From: Geosiphon pyriformis uo1
Lineage: Eukaryota; Fungi; Glomeromycota
Reading direction: 5' to 3'
Assembly (NCBI GenBank): GCA_016748015.1
Contig: JAAOMT010000484.1
Span: 257,443 to 321,442, forward strand
DNA: 64,000 nt
Shown here one piece after another: positions 51,435 to 64,000 of the stretch. The notes beneath the pieces were generated by a model. It was given only the letters and a program-made list of their open reading frames with translations. It was not told the origin of the DNA and did not search any database. Every line of letters begins with the position of its first letter. The first letter of the stretch is position 1. The position numbers and the translations under genes were made by a program.

Positions 51435-52240
51435 TATTATAAATAATTGTATTAATAATTATTCTTAATTTTAATTATAATTTAAAGATTTGATTTATTT
51501 AAAAATATTTTAGATATAAAGTTTTTTATATAATAAACAGAAATTTAATGATAATAGTAAACAATACTTAGTATTTAAATTTTTCAATATAATAATCAAA
51601 TTATTTTAATGTTTTTTATTTTTTTAATAAGTAATTTTAGTTTTTTAACTATGTTCTATATTTTTTAGTATTTTTTATCAAAAAATTTTTAATATATTAA
51701 TTTTAATATTTTTTTTTAATTAATTAGTAAACACAAAAATAAACTTCAAAAAATAAAAAAAATAAAAATAAAAATTAATATTCTATTAATAGTTATAATT
51801 AAAAACTATTATTTAATATTGTTAATTATATTATATTAATATTATTAATATTAATAAAAATATAATTTAGATTTTAACAAAATAAATATTTAAATAATTT
51901 AATTAATAAATTTTATTTGAATATAAATTTTACTTTAAGTATTAGATTTTTAACCATAAAAGTTAATTTTTAAAAATAAATTAAACTTAGTTGTTTTTTT
52001 GTTTTTATTTTTATTATTATATATATATAAATTTTTATAATATAAAATTTCTGGAATTTTAAAATTTTTGACAATTTTAAAATTTTTAATATTTTTGTTA
52101 ATTTTCTTGGAATTTTGATATTTTTGAAATTCTTAAAATCTTAGCTAACATTTTTGAAAATTCTAATATTATATAGTTTAATAATTCATATTATATTATA
52201 TTTTATCTTCTATTTCTTTTTATTTATTTTATAAATAATA
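51435..52240 (-). mobile_element. Ghost solo LTR related to the 4184/13438 LTRs
   Basis: TATTATAAATAAT vs TGTTACAGATGAC; AAGTTTTTTATATAATAAACAGAAATTTAATGATAATAGT vs GAGTTCTTTGTATAATGGACAGAGATTCAATGGTGATAGT; decayed GGAATT array ~52045-52140; end TTATAAATAATA vs CTATGAGTAACA; 4-bp TSD ATAC/ATAT. Confidence 0.8.
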
Positions 52241-52270
52241 ATATTTTGTTAAAATATAAAAATATATATA

Positions 52271-55200
52271 TTTTTTTTTATTACACAATTAATGAGTAAA
52301 GTCTAACTGCTATCTAGTATATAGAACCAAACTAAATGGAACAAACTAAATGCAGTTCACATACTTATTACATGTGGCCAGTTATTCAGGTCAAACAAAG
52401 CTATACTACATGTCTATATGAACAAAAGCATCACCACCCAAACCAAAAAAAAATGACATAGTCTGTATCTACCAAAGCTGACAGCAAAAGATTCAATAAC
52501 ATTAAGCAAACAAACTACCCCATCTAACAAATTAGACACCAAACAATGAGACAAGTCTGAAATTATACCACCATTTTTGACCAAGCCAGCCCTCTTCATA
52601 TCTACTCTATGCTTGAATTTGATGAGCCATACCTTAGTATGAAACAATTTGACCATAAATCTAACAAATTTAGTAACAATCAATGCAGTCTTTCTCTTCT
52701 TCTTAAAAGCCAAAGCAGCTTCAGCATACCAATTTTTTAACACAAAATCCTTGTACATAGCAGTAAACAGACCTATGTTCGAAGAACATGCCAAAAGCAA
52801 ACACAAGACAGCTAACATAAGTGAGCAGAAAAAACCCACCAAAAACATTCACCTCTTAGTAGCTTTAGCCAAAACATTATCACAGAGTTCAGCATCATCA
52901 GAGCAAACAAAAGTATGATCAGACACCTCCATCTTCTCATACAGTAAACACAACACCCCAAAATAATTCACATTGTATAATTTTTTCTTAACAACCACAG
53001 ACAACTATCTATAAACAGCTTTCATCAAATAAGTGCACATGTTGGCCGAACTCTTACTAGTAAAACCAAAGAGCATGTAAGAGTCAGGATGTCAGACTTT
53101 TGAAGTAGCCACCTAATTTATCTTCTTAATCATGGCACTTGGAACAATATCATAACCAGAATCAGCCTCCTAATAAGCATGACAAATTGACCAAAAAAGA
53201 TCACAAACAAAATGATGAGTATTGTTTAACACAGCAGTATTCTCAGCAACCAAAAAATGTTTCTGAATTCCAACAAGTAGAGAAAATGGAGAGAAAGTGG
53301 CTTTTTCAGCCAACTTATCAGCCTTAACATTGCCCAGAACCCCTAAATGCCCTTTAACTTTCACCCACCTAACTAAAATGTATTTTTTCTTGATGAGATC
53401 AACAATGTGTAATTGCTTAATCCAACATCGATTATGGAAGTCTGGTGCCATACCCAGAGACTCTGAAACACAAGCATCAATTGCAGATTGGCTGTCTGAA
53501 TACAGAACCACAGAACAAGAGGAGAAAACACACTCTAAGGCCAATACAATGGCTTGTAACTCAGCCAAAGTGGAGGACAAAAGCCTCTGGACTCTGATCC
53601 CAATACTCATGTCTGTAGCTGAGAAATAGGCAGCTGTACCATTTGCCACCTCAACCAAACCAGCACTCTTCAAGGAACCATCTGTGTAAACTTTAATACA
53701 ATTTGACCAAATCTTCAAAAGACCCCCATGAACACAAACAAAAGCCTCAGAATTCAAGATATTCAACACTAGTAGTATATGGTCACTGACAAATACAACT
53801 TTTACAGAAGCATGCTCACTTATAAAATTAGCCACCAATATAAACCAATAAGGTACTGGGCCCCTTGGATCCAATTTTTTCCACTGCCAAAATGTTTTTC
53901 AGTCCAACACTCTTCTTTTCTTGTCTAAAAGCCTATTATCAAAAGCAATACCAAAACATCTCAAAAAAAGAACAAAATCATAAAATAAGGAATGACCCAG
54001 AATGTCAGACATTGGAAATCTGCCAGAATCACAAAAAGCACTGGGCAAATTGTTTGTCAAGAATAACCCATTTTCCAACAAGATCCTCACCACACCAGCT
54101 AGAATATTATTCACTAAATTAACCCTCAACTTAACAGAATGCTGTAAAAGATTCAGAGGTAACCACCCCAGAACTTGTAAATTCAAAAATTTATATTCAA
54201 ATAAATGCTTAAGAATGCCATGAACATTGAAAAAAAAATCAATGAGACCAATTTATTCTCAAATTGCATTTGCTCAAATGAGTTTAAATCATACAAAGAA
54301 GGGTAATGTAAAGCTTCATTTGAAAAATCTCTTGATAACTCAGTCTTAGATTTGAGACCCTTCCTAATCATAACATCCCACTTGTGACACACACCTGGTA
54401 AAACATAATTAAACTGCATCCAATTGTCTTTCTGAGCACTATATTTGAGAAAAACCTGACATCTGCATAAGCCTGAGCCAAACTAGGCTTGAAGAGACTC
54501 TCTGTAGACAAAAAAATACCCAAGTACCTGTGTGATTCGCCTTATTTAGCAATTGAGATTGGCAAACTATTAATTGAAAGTGAAGCAGTTATAACACCTT
54601 GATTAATTGAGATAGCCACTGTCTTATCATTATTAATAGAAATGTTATTGACAACAAAAAACCCATTAGCAATATCTAAAATGGCCTGTGTAGAAGCTTG
54701 ACAGCTTCCAACCCAAATTGTGTCATCAACAAAAACACCAACAGCCAAAAAAGAAGTTCTTTCTCCAATAGTCTCAACATGGCTCATTTCAGCCACAAAC
54801 TTTGTATCAATACGGTAGCCATACAAGTGCTCATGTTTCTTAACTTTACACAAAAAAGGGTCATAAAATATCTGCCAAAGGAGAGAAGAGAAAACCTCAC
54901 TCTGATCCAAACTATTATGTACTATGTAATCATCTGAAAAGCCAAAATCTGTCATCACTCTGTTGATACAATTTTCATGAATACCACCAAAAAAACCAAT
55001 AAACTGACTGCACATTTTGATACAATGCAAACTAGTCTTCAAATAATGTCAGTTCACAGAGTTATAAGCTTTGTGCATGTTTTGCAAAACCAACCAAAGT
55101 TTTCTATTCTTTTCCAGAGCATCCTCCACAACTGATCTAATGGCAAAAATTGGAGATTAAGTAAAAGTACCCTTTAATACTGAAAAATTGTCTCCACAAA

Positions 55201-58200
55201 GAACATTGAATCTACTGTATGCCAAAGAAATCTGATCAGAAAGAATCTTAAACAAAATCTTCTAGGCAGTTTCAATTAGAGCAATAGGCCTAGTATTGGT
55301 CAGGACATCATTCCATTCATAGGGTTTAGGGATCATCAAAACCCATGCTCTCCTTCAAGGAGTTGGAACTGCCCCCAGGGTTAAACACAAATTCATCAGC
55401 TTTAAGAGACAAGACTACATCTTACCACCACAGTGCCTCCAAAGTTTATTAGGAATTCCTAATAATCTCACAGTCTTATCATTTGGCAAGTTATTAATAC
55501 ACAAAAGCAACTCATCCATATTGATCTTCTTTATAACACCAGAAAAAATATCATCAGGAACATGGTCTAAAGGCATATATTGATGGGACTAAAGAGCAGG
55601 CAACTTTGGAAAAACTGTCTACTTTCTTGTTCATTCTTCCATAATTTTATCCACTTTAAGCTTTACTTTATCAGACTCAACCACCAACTTATTATCAATC
55701 ACTAAGTAATCCAAAACAACTTTACAAAATGGACAATTAAGGATACTCTTAATCATAAGTCCCTTGTCAGAACAGAAATTGTTTATACACCAGTCAATTG
55801 CTTTCTTAATGACTGCATTTTCAGATGTTTTTGATTCAAGGTACTTAGACTTCTGATATTTCTTCTTTATTATAGACAAATGTTTAACAACCTTCATCAA
55901 ACTTACATTAATTAGAACTATGTTAGCAGTTTTAGAGACCTCCACTTCATTGATTTTTAACCAGACTCCAATGAGATAGTCAAAATTCAAAAAATCTCCA
56001 AAAACCCAAGCTTTAATAATTTTCACAATAAGCAGCTTCAATTTGAAAAACCTCGAAGATTGTTTGTTTTTCAAACAATCAAATGCACTATACCAATGTT
56101 TAAAAAACACCACATTAGCAGCCTACACCATAACATCTTTTAGTACCACCCACATTGTATTTAAATCACCATTATTTCTTGTATCCTCAAATATGTTTGA
56201 CTTTACTACCAACTTAGTAGAAACCTATTCTTCAAAACGTAACCAAAGAGCCTCATTAGCATGTCCTATCTTGAACTTTCACTGGTCCAGATTGGCTTGT
56301 TTGCGAGCACTATTAAGATGAACATCTAAGAGTTCATCCAAACCAATCATAACTGAAATTGTCTTATAATCTGTATCAAAAAATTCTGACATATTATCAA
56401 TTTTATACAATATAATAGTAGAAGTAAGGTTCTTACTCACAAAAATAAAATCCAACACCTTCTCAATGCCCTTAGAATTACTCCAAGTAGGGGCTTTGGC
56501 TAAAGAATATTCTTTAAATATATTGACCAGACCCAGATCTGAACAGAACTTGAAGCTAGCACTTTTCTTAGATCCATTTTCATTGAAGTTACCACCAATG
56601 ATCATAAATGAGCTAGAATTGGCAGCCTTAGAGATCAAAGAGTTGATAAAAAAAGCTTGGCTAAAATGTGTATTAACAGAAGCACCAGTATACAGACCCA
56701 AGATTGTAACCAAAAGCTTGTCTTTAAACAAAAAATGAACAGAGACCAGCTGACCAGGAATTTCATCTATCTTTGAGACATGTTGAGCCAAAAAACTGTT
56801 TATAATGATGACAACCCCAGCACCAAGAAAACCCACACTCAAACCAGAAGTGAAAATTTGAACCTCATCAAACTTATTTATGATTCAAGGTCTAATATTA
56901 GATCTCAATTTGGTTTTTGTAACAATTGAAACCATATTCCTTAATTCTTTATACCAATGAACAACGTCTTTCTGCTTCACAGGAACATTGATACCTTTAA
57001 CATTGCATGTAGCAAATTTCCAAACTAAATCATTCATTAAGAAGTAAGGGGAACTAACAGACCTAAACCAGAACACAAGCAATCCAATCTTTCTAAAACT
57101 AACTCAACTGATACCTCCAGAGTCATCATCTTGGATTCCAAACCTCCCACCTTAGTGGTTAGAACCTTAGAACTACTTGAACTAAAATTAGCAACTGGTT
57201 CTGCAACAACCAAAAGAGAGAAAAGAAGAGATACCATTGTATTATCCAAAGTTATATCTGAGTCTAAATTAGATGTACCAGATGCAAAGACAACCAAAAA
57301 AGAGACATAAGGTTTGAATGCCAAAGGCACCAATTCTACAAAGCTCAATTTTTTCAAAATAACTGAAATCTAATCCACCAAAAGCTTCAAAGAGCACTCC
57401 AGAAAAGCCAATTGATTAACCAAACAGGAATCACCAAGAGAATTAGAAACCATTAAGACAGGTTTTGCACCTGAAAATAAACTAATACCTAAAAGATCTG
57501 ATGAAACCACATGAAAAGAAGAATCACCAGCAATCTGGACCCAAGTTTTCTCACTAAAAGAAACTGGATGAATGATTGGCACCTGCTTTTTCTTATATAT
57601 ATTGGCCAAATAAACCCAATCCTAAGGAGTTACTACTCACTTACCATGAACACCAGAATTCCCACCCAATAAACACTCTATAGAAAAATGACCAAACTGT
57701 TTGTATTGAGCACAATGGGCCAAAAAAAACTAGCCCAGCACAAATTCACACTCTTAAACACCAGAGTAAAACCAATAGCAACTAATTTAGATGCCTTATC
57801 AACAAAGCACACAATTGCACATCTATCATGTACATATAAGCTGGGATTACAGCCAATGAAACAAGTTTTTCTACCATACAATTCCAACAAATCAGAAAGA
57901 TCATGAGCTGTAGTACCAACTGGAAGAGTATAAAACAATGCTCGATGCAGATCTCTGAAAACCCATAATTGTTTATTATCAATGGCTTTTGCCACATGAA
58001 CAGAATTCTTTTCCATGAAGACAGACCATCTAGCTGCAACCAAATCAGCTATTTCAGATGACTCAAACTCCACTAAAGCTTTTTGCCACAGACCAATCAG
58101 TTGTATCTTGATTGATACAATCTTTCCAAACTTAGAAAAAACAGATTTTATAGCCGATTTAGAAAAATCAACTGGAATCTTTTTGACAATAATTTTTTTA

Positions 58201-59110
58201 TCTGAATGGCTGTTAACCTTTTTAAGATCATTATTTACCACAATTTTTTCACAGATTGCCAATTCTTTCATCTTATTTATGCTAGATTCAGAAGTAAATG
58301 AAGATTTGATGATCCTTGGGAATTTTGAGAAAGTAAAAGCTCTTTTAAAATCATTGATTCTATAAAAAATTTTTTGATTGAAATTATTTTATTACTATTG
58401 GTTTTTCCAGACACAACAGCCAACTCCATGTCCAATGTGAATAATCTAACTGGTCCAAAGCTATGTTTTTCCAAGACACATAATTTGGCTAATAACAGCT
58501 GATTGGACCCAACAAATTTAGAATTAGGAAGCACAATTTCAGCATCATCATTACTCAAGTTTTTGAAAAATGGTGTTTTCGGCAGCTGTTCCAAAATGTA
58601 GATTCTCATTTGTGTTTTTTTAGGAGTTACATTGTCTACTATGTCATCAGTCTCAGAAGTGTTAGAATCTATGTAACTTGTCTCTTCAGCCACTATGTTG
58701 TTTATGTTTTCTATGTTGGACATCCCACTGATGCTGGTATTCTTACTTTCCACCTCATTATCCCAAGACATCTTACATTTACCACAGTCAGTCTGTAAAA
58801 TGTGGCCAGGAAAAGATCCAGCTGATGAATCTACAACAACACCAGTAACATCAGGTTTTTTTAATTTTTTGTAAGAGGGACCCTGAGAGTAGACATTTTC
58901 AATGCATGCTTTTTTTTTAGCAACAGACCAGAATTCCAACCCAGCCAAAACAGAACTAGAACCACCAGCAAAGGAGTCCACTGGTTTTATTGCAACAAAA
59001 ATGAATATGTCAAAAGAAATAACTAAAGATAACAAGAGAGAATGGAGAAAGGAAAAGCTAAATTTTCAGTAGTACAAATGTTTTTGTCATGGTCAAGGAG
59101 TTAACAGAAA
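52271..59110 (-). mobile_element. Near full-length LINE, same ORF2/tail subfamily as 3418-20306 but a different ORF1; inactive
   Basis: ORF1 remnants 59035-57034; ORF2 from ATG 57037 with EN, RT (VFVDD) and RNase H (VYTDGSL, WVKVKGHLG..GN.KAD); tail and poly(A) at 52271-52410; small internal deletion near 54425. Confidence 0.92.
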
Positions 59111-60263
59111 AAATTTAATATTAAATATCAATTAATTATTATTTAATTATTTTTATTTTATTTTTTTTAATTAAATATAATTTTACTAAAAATTATGTTG
59201 TTTTTATTCTTAAATATTAAACTACAAATTTGGCTTATGTTTTATATATAATTAATTATTTAATAAATCAAAAATATTTAATGTTTTAATTTTATTAAAG
59301 TACTTAATAAAAGTCTGTTTATTCTTAATAAATTTGTGCAATTATTTTTTAATTGTATTTTTATTAAATTAATTTTATTTACTATTATAAAATACAAATT
59401 ATATTTTTTTATAATTAATAACAATTAATTTATAATTTTTAAAACTATTTATATTAAATAAAAAAGTTTTTTTATTTTTAAACTAATTAAAATTTTTAAG
59501 CACAATAATAATTAAATTAATAATACATTTAATTTAAGCTTTAAAAAAAAACAAAATAATTATTGATATTTATATTAAAATTAAATTTAACAGCCAAAAA
59601 AAGGCAACTAAATTTACTAAAAAACTAATTTTTACAACTATAAATTTAATAACAACAAACAAATCTTACAACTTAAATTTTAAAAAGATTATTTAAATTT
59701 ATATGTATTTTTACAAACCAACTAAAATAATCAAAGCAAATATTATTAAAAAAACAATAATCTTAACATGAAACAAAAATTTAGTAAATTAATTAATAAT
59801 TAATATTAAAAAACCAAAATATAAAACAGGTTTAATTATTTATCTAAAAATCTAAATTGCTAATTTTAAAAAATGTATAATTAAAAAAAGATTAATTAAT
59901 TAATTTGGTCATAAAAATATTATAAAAAACAATAATTTTTTTTAATTAACAAGAAAATTTTTTTAATATTATTATTTATTATTAAAATTAACTAGCAAAT
60001 AAAACAGTATTAACAGTTTTAAAAAACTTAAAATACATAATAAAATATTATTACAAGCTAACAAACTTTAGTTTAATACTTATAATTTTATTAAAACCAT
60101 TTAAAACATTTTTAATTATGTTAAAAAAATGTTCAAAAGAATATTACATAAAGTTATAATAACAAAAACAGAAATAATACAAAAACTACAAAAAACTTAA
60201 CAATATTAAAAACAAAAAAATAATAATTTAATAAGTTTAATCTATAAAATAGTATTTAAGATA

Positions 60264-61848
60264 CCGTAAACTCCCGTGAAATAGCACCCCCTTACATCAT
60301 CAATTTTGGATCGATTTTTTAGGGGGGTTGCTTATTCACGAGACTTTTTGAATACTTAATGCCTATTGGTCCAATGGTTAAATTATTCACTGTGCATATA
60401 TCTATTACGAATTTCAATCGCGTCGCTAATTTATTGACCATCTGGTTGAGCCATTTCGTTAGTATTAGAAGCTGATATTTTGATTATTATAAATGTGGTG
60501 AAATAGATACTTGTGTGAAATGCAACAACACAAAAATAATACCTTTGGATGAGGCATGATTTCGAGCAGTATATACTGTAGCACTTGTAATGTTGATCTT
60601 AAGAAACTTGGGTTCATTGTAGCAAAAATTATCAAGTTGAGTTTCGAATTGGAAATTGGATACTATTGTTATGAGACTCAGAATCTTTACAAATTTCTAT
60701 TTGATCAATATACTATATTAATTCCAAAGGATTTCTCATTTGTGATCACGTAAGCTCTTTGTATCCTAAACATGTGATTTGACGTATTCGTCTAATTTTT
60801 GGCACTTGTTCCCATTAAATTACTGTAGCAGAATTATCAATAAGAATTTCGACTGGTTTAGTGCCATTAGGCAACGATTTGAATGAAAAAATCATCGAAT
60901 TTCAAAGATTTATAATCCGATCTCGACTAGCATACCAGTATAATCTTTCTCAAATAGTCAATATGGATGAAACTCCCATTTATTTTGACATGGCAGGTTC
61001 TACTACAATCAATGTAAAAGGAGCCAAAACTATTCAAATTCGAACAACTGGTAATGACAAAAATCGGTTTACTTGTGTCTTGGCTATAACAGCAGATGGC
61101 GGCAAACTCCCTCCTATGATAATTTTCAAAGGTGTATGAACTCCTCCTAATCTTCCCAAAGGCGTTGTCGTATATATGCATGAAAAAGCTTGGATAGATG
61201 AAGATTTGATGTGTGAATGGATAGATCAAATTTGGAACAAACGTCCTGGAATATCAACAGCATCCAAACCTACCTCTTTACTTGCTATGGATTCATTTGA
61301 AGGGCACAAAACTGAATCAGTACGCCAAAAATGCAATGTTAATAATACTCATGTGGCAATTATTCCTGGCGGTTTAACATCAATTATTCAACCTTTGGAT
61401 GTATGTATAAACAAACCATTTAAAGACAGATTAAGAGAAAAATGGCGATTATGGATGAGTCACGGAGATTTTCAATTGACTAAAGGTGGAAATTTAAAAA
61501 AACCACAATATAATTTGATTTGCCAGTGGATTTTAGAGGTAGGGAAAGATATTCCTTTAGAAATGATTATTAAATCATTTAAAAAATGTGGAATTTCTAA
61601 TGCATTAGATGGAATTGAGGATGATTTATTATATAGTTCTGATACAGAAATTAGTAATCAAATTGATGATTTAAATGAAATAGTAAATGAAGATAATATT
61701 TCTGCTGAAAAATTAGAATTAGATAAATAAATAAAAATTTATTTTGGTATATATAAAAGGGTTGCTTATTCAACTTTTCTAAGACTTTTAGACTTAAAAA
61801 GGGAGGGTTGCTTATTCACAGGGATTGCTTATTTACGGGAGTTTACGG
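60264..61848 (+). mobile_element. pogo-family (Tc1/mariner superfamily) DNA transposon, 1585 bp
   Basis: TIRs CCGTAAACTCCCGT / ACGGGAGTTTACGG; TA TSD at 60262-60263 and 61849-61850; subterminal GGTTGCTTATTCAC repeats at 60326, 61760, 61806, 61823. Confidence 0.95.
60861..61730 (+). pseudogene. pogo transposase DDE domain (DD35D), N-terminally truncated, one internal stop
   Basis: NMDETP, LLAMDSFEGH, QPLDVCINKPFK, with 35 residues between D2 and D3; TGA at 61137-61139 in GV(R)TPP; no CENP-B HTH upstream. Confidence 0.9.
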
Positions 61849-64000
61849 TAATTTAGAATACAAATTCTATACAAAAAAACTTAATATTGTTCTTAGTAAT
61901 TAATTTCAAATTAAAAAAATGTAAAAACTAAAAACAGGTTTAATATAAATTAATTTAATTTTAGTAGTTTTATTAAACACTAAAGTAAAAATTATTTATT
62001 TAAAAAATCTTTAATAACTTGTAATAATTTTTAAATACCAATAAATACAACAATTATAGAAAACAGAAAAAAATGCTTTAGTTTATATTTAATTGGCTTA
62101 ATTCTTAAAATAAAGTAATTTAATAGGTTAATTAATTAAAATTGCATATAAAAACATAATTTATTTAGCTTTTAAAATTAATAATAATTAATTAAAATTT
62201 AATATATTAGAGAATAAAACCAAATATTAATTAAATTAAAATTTGGTTAATATGTTTTTAATATTATTCAAAACAGACAATTGATTACTATTAATAGTTA
62301 TAATAAAACTAAATATTATAATTAATAATAATATTGTAAAACTAAGAAAAAGCCAAAAAAAACAGAAAAAATCGACTTTAATATAATTAAAATACTGCTG
62401 AAAAAATTAGAAAAATATTAAAAACTTAAAAAAAATTGCTTTTTTATTATAATAGTTTTTCTTATTATTTAAGCAATTAGAAAAAAATTGTAAAAAAAAT
62501 AACAGTTTAAATATCAGTTTATAATTAAAAATCAAAAATTTTTTTAAGATAGTAGTAATTACATTAAACCTATTTTTAATATATTACTTTGAAAGAAAAA
62601 AATTTTTTATTTAAAGCCAAAAAAAGTGTTTTAAAATTAATAAAAAACTGGTTTACAATAACATTATTTAAGAAAAATACTTTTACATAATGCTATCAAG
62701 TAGTTTTTACAACTATAAGTGTATTTTTGGTGAAATACTACTAATAAATTCAAATATTATAATGCTTATAGTTTTTTTATTTTTGTAATTATAAAACAAA
62801 ATCTGTAAAAATTATTGGTTTCAATTTAATTTTTTCTTTTTTTTGAATTTTTATTTATTAAAATTAGTTTAAAAAACAACTATTAAAAAGTAATTAATAT
62901 TTGTTATTAAATTACTTATGTATTTAATTTGCTTTTAATTAAATTTATATTGTTATTTTTTGTTATTTGTTAACTTATTATTCTAATTTGTAATAGTACT
63001 GATAAGTCCAGTTTGAATTTAATTAATAAAAATTTTTTGGTTGAAATTTTATAAGAAGTAAGTTTAATTAAAATAAAATTTAATAATTTAAAAGTTAATT
63101 AGTTATTAATTTTGAATTAATACATGTAAAATCAAATTTCAAGTCTCTAAAACATAAATAATATTTAAAAATACTATAACAAAAAACATTCTAATAACAC
63201 TAAAAAGATTTTTATTGTTTATTATAAACTACAAAATACTTTTAATAGCAATATAATTAACTGTCTTACTTGATTCAATTTTTAATTTCGAACTGACTAA
63301 GTGATTTAAAGTTATTAAAGTACGCTTAAAATTATGTATTATTGTTTTTTAATTTTGTTATACAATTTTGATCTTTTATTTTTTTAAAAACAAGTTGTTA
63401 CAAAGTAGAATTTGTCGGTGAAATGGTAATTTTGAAAGCGCATAATCCACATTTATAGTTGCCTTTGTTGTATCTAGAATAGATAGTAGACCTCATTTTG
63501 TCATAGCAAATTAAAAAAATTTAAAATACTAATAATATAATTCAAAAAAAGAGAATTAATTGAAAGAATTATTAACTAAAAAATATTTAATTAATTACTA
63601 ATTATAACAAAACAAAAAAAGTCTTGAAAGCAAATTTTGAAAAAATTTAACTAGAATTTAACAATTAGTAAAATTTTTTTTCTTTGAAATTTGTTTTAAA
63701 ATCAATCAATTAATTTTATATAATTAAAATTTTCAATAAAATTTTAAAAGTATTTGCTAGCATCATAACTCATTCAATTTATCAAATAGTAAACCAAATT
63801 TTAAGTTAAGTATTTCGGTCACTTCATATTTATTTTATTTTAAAAAATAATAAATAGTGATAGTAAAATTTGTTATGGTAAAATAATATTTTAAATATGA
63901 ATTTAATTTTAAAAAAGTACAATTTTTTTAAAAATGGAGTGGTATAAATTTTGCAATAAAAAAGTCAAAATAAATCACTGAGTTTAATATCAGAAAGATT

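Larger units (their letters stand above)
59111..62900 (-). mobile_element. Ghost HAL1-like/LINE-derived AT-rich DNA, interrupted by the pogo element
   Basis: 61860-61900 on the minus strand matches the KDNIKLFCVEF region of the HAL ORF; otherwise almost G/C-free (59401-59460 has 2 G/C in 60 nt). Confidence 0.55.

Overview
Eukaryotic fungal genomic DNA, most likely Glomeromycotina. The repeat proteins resemble those I recall from Geosiphon pyriformis, which is an inference. Small intron-containing gene islands with normal CpG content carry: the 3' part of a class-3 lipase, CLASP/Stu1, an AN1 zinc-finger protein, AUR1, HAUS6, a divergent MYST acetyltransferase, and a 6-exon prokaryote-type dCTP deaminase that the ORF track misses. 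The islands are separated by nested transposon debris: (1) a full-length Ty3/Gypsy element with dUTPase, a stand-alone integrase ORF and an extra 3' ORF; (2) RNase-H-bearing LINEs; (3) a non-autonomous ORF1-only (HAL1-like) family sharing the LINE 3' tail; (4) a ghost solo LTR; (5) a young pogo DD35D element. The strongest signal is a repeat-restricted C:G->T:A hypermutation gradient. It runs from one CGA->TGA hit in the youngest element to copies with almost no G/C that remain colinear, which looks RIP-like in a lineage where RIP is not established.
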